From assembly GCA_965369865.1 (NCBI GenBank), contig CBDURU010000022.1, positions 1-37,604 on the forward strand: 37,604 bases of DNA, given 5' to 3'. Below are positions 37,460 through 37,604 of this stretch, piece by piece; positions within the stretch are counted from its first letter, which is position 1, and each line of letters opens with the position of its first letter. The stretch comes from an uncultured bacterium. GTDB taxonomy: Bacteria > JAJVIF01 > JAPKYR01. Below the pieces are notes generated by a model. The model saw only the letters and a list, made by a program, of their open reading frames with translations, did not search any database and had not been told where the DNA came from. The translations under genes were made by a program, and so were the position numbers.

Positions 37460-37604
37460 GAGACCGTTGCGAAAGTCGCTCTGAGGCGCAGCAAGCAGCG
37501 CCCCTACGAATAGAACCCGCATGAATAGAACCCGCATGAATAGAGGCTTGTAGGGGCGCCGCTTGCTGCGCCCTGGTCCAAATTCAGGCTTTTGCAACGG
37601 TCTC
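37460..37604. mobile_element. 145-bp MITE-like element: 16-bp TIRs enclosing a REP-like inverted pair and a 15-bp tandem repeat
   Basis: TIRs GAGACCGTTGCGAAAG and (revcomp) GAGACCGTTGCAAAAG. GTAGGGGCG(C/T)-type units at 37484-37507 (-) and 37550-37574 (+). GAATAGAACCCGCAT x2.5 at 37508-37544. Confidence 0.8.

Noticed and set aside
37006..37597. 150-aa and 139-aa ORFs near the right end
   Set aside because: Both overlap the membrane-protein gene, and the minus-strand ORF also translates repeat DNA. They are shadow ORFs.
1..37604. Whole window as a composite transposon or circular element bounded by direct repeats
   Set aside because: The content is chromosomal housekeeping (rnj, pyrD, birA) with no transposase or replication gene. 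Repeats at both ends are better explained by assembly breaks at a multicopy element.

Overview
Bacterial genomic window with about 25 credible CDSs. Housekeeping genes: pilT, pyrD, enoyl-CoA hydratase, rnj, malic enzyme and birA. There are many exported or envelope proteins: M48 and S8 peptidases, a 1269-aa Ig-repeat zinc-protease lipoprotein, two HEAT-repeat proteins, two GT-C-like glycosyltransferases and two paralogous large membrane proteins. No rRNA, tRNA, CRISPR array, transposase or integrase is visible. Four signals stand out. (1) A ~290-nt highly base-paired intergenic segment (10417-10704, minus strand) lies directly behind a near-consensus sigma70 promoter. It is a candidate structured ncRNA that I cannot assign to a known family. 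(2) An orphan Rhs polymorphic-toxin cassette array (14.2-16.7 kb) has a 20-Cys, hydrophobic, bacteriocin-like toxin tip and membrane immunity candidates. (3) Short TIR-bounded MITE-like elements carry REP-type hairpins (both window ends and 3666-3772). (4) Two lipoproteins with unrelated C-termini share an unrecognised ~230-aa N-terminal domain. A Rex-like box and a sigma54-like promoter were also found. All calls were made by eye, without database searches.
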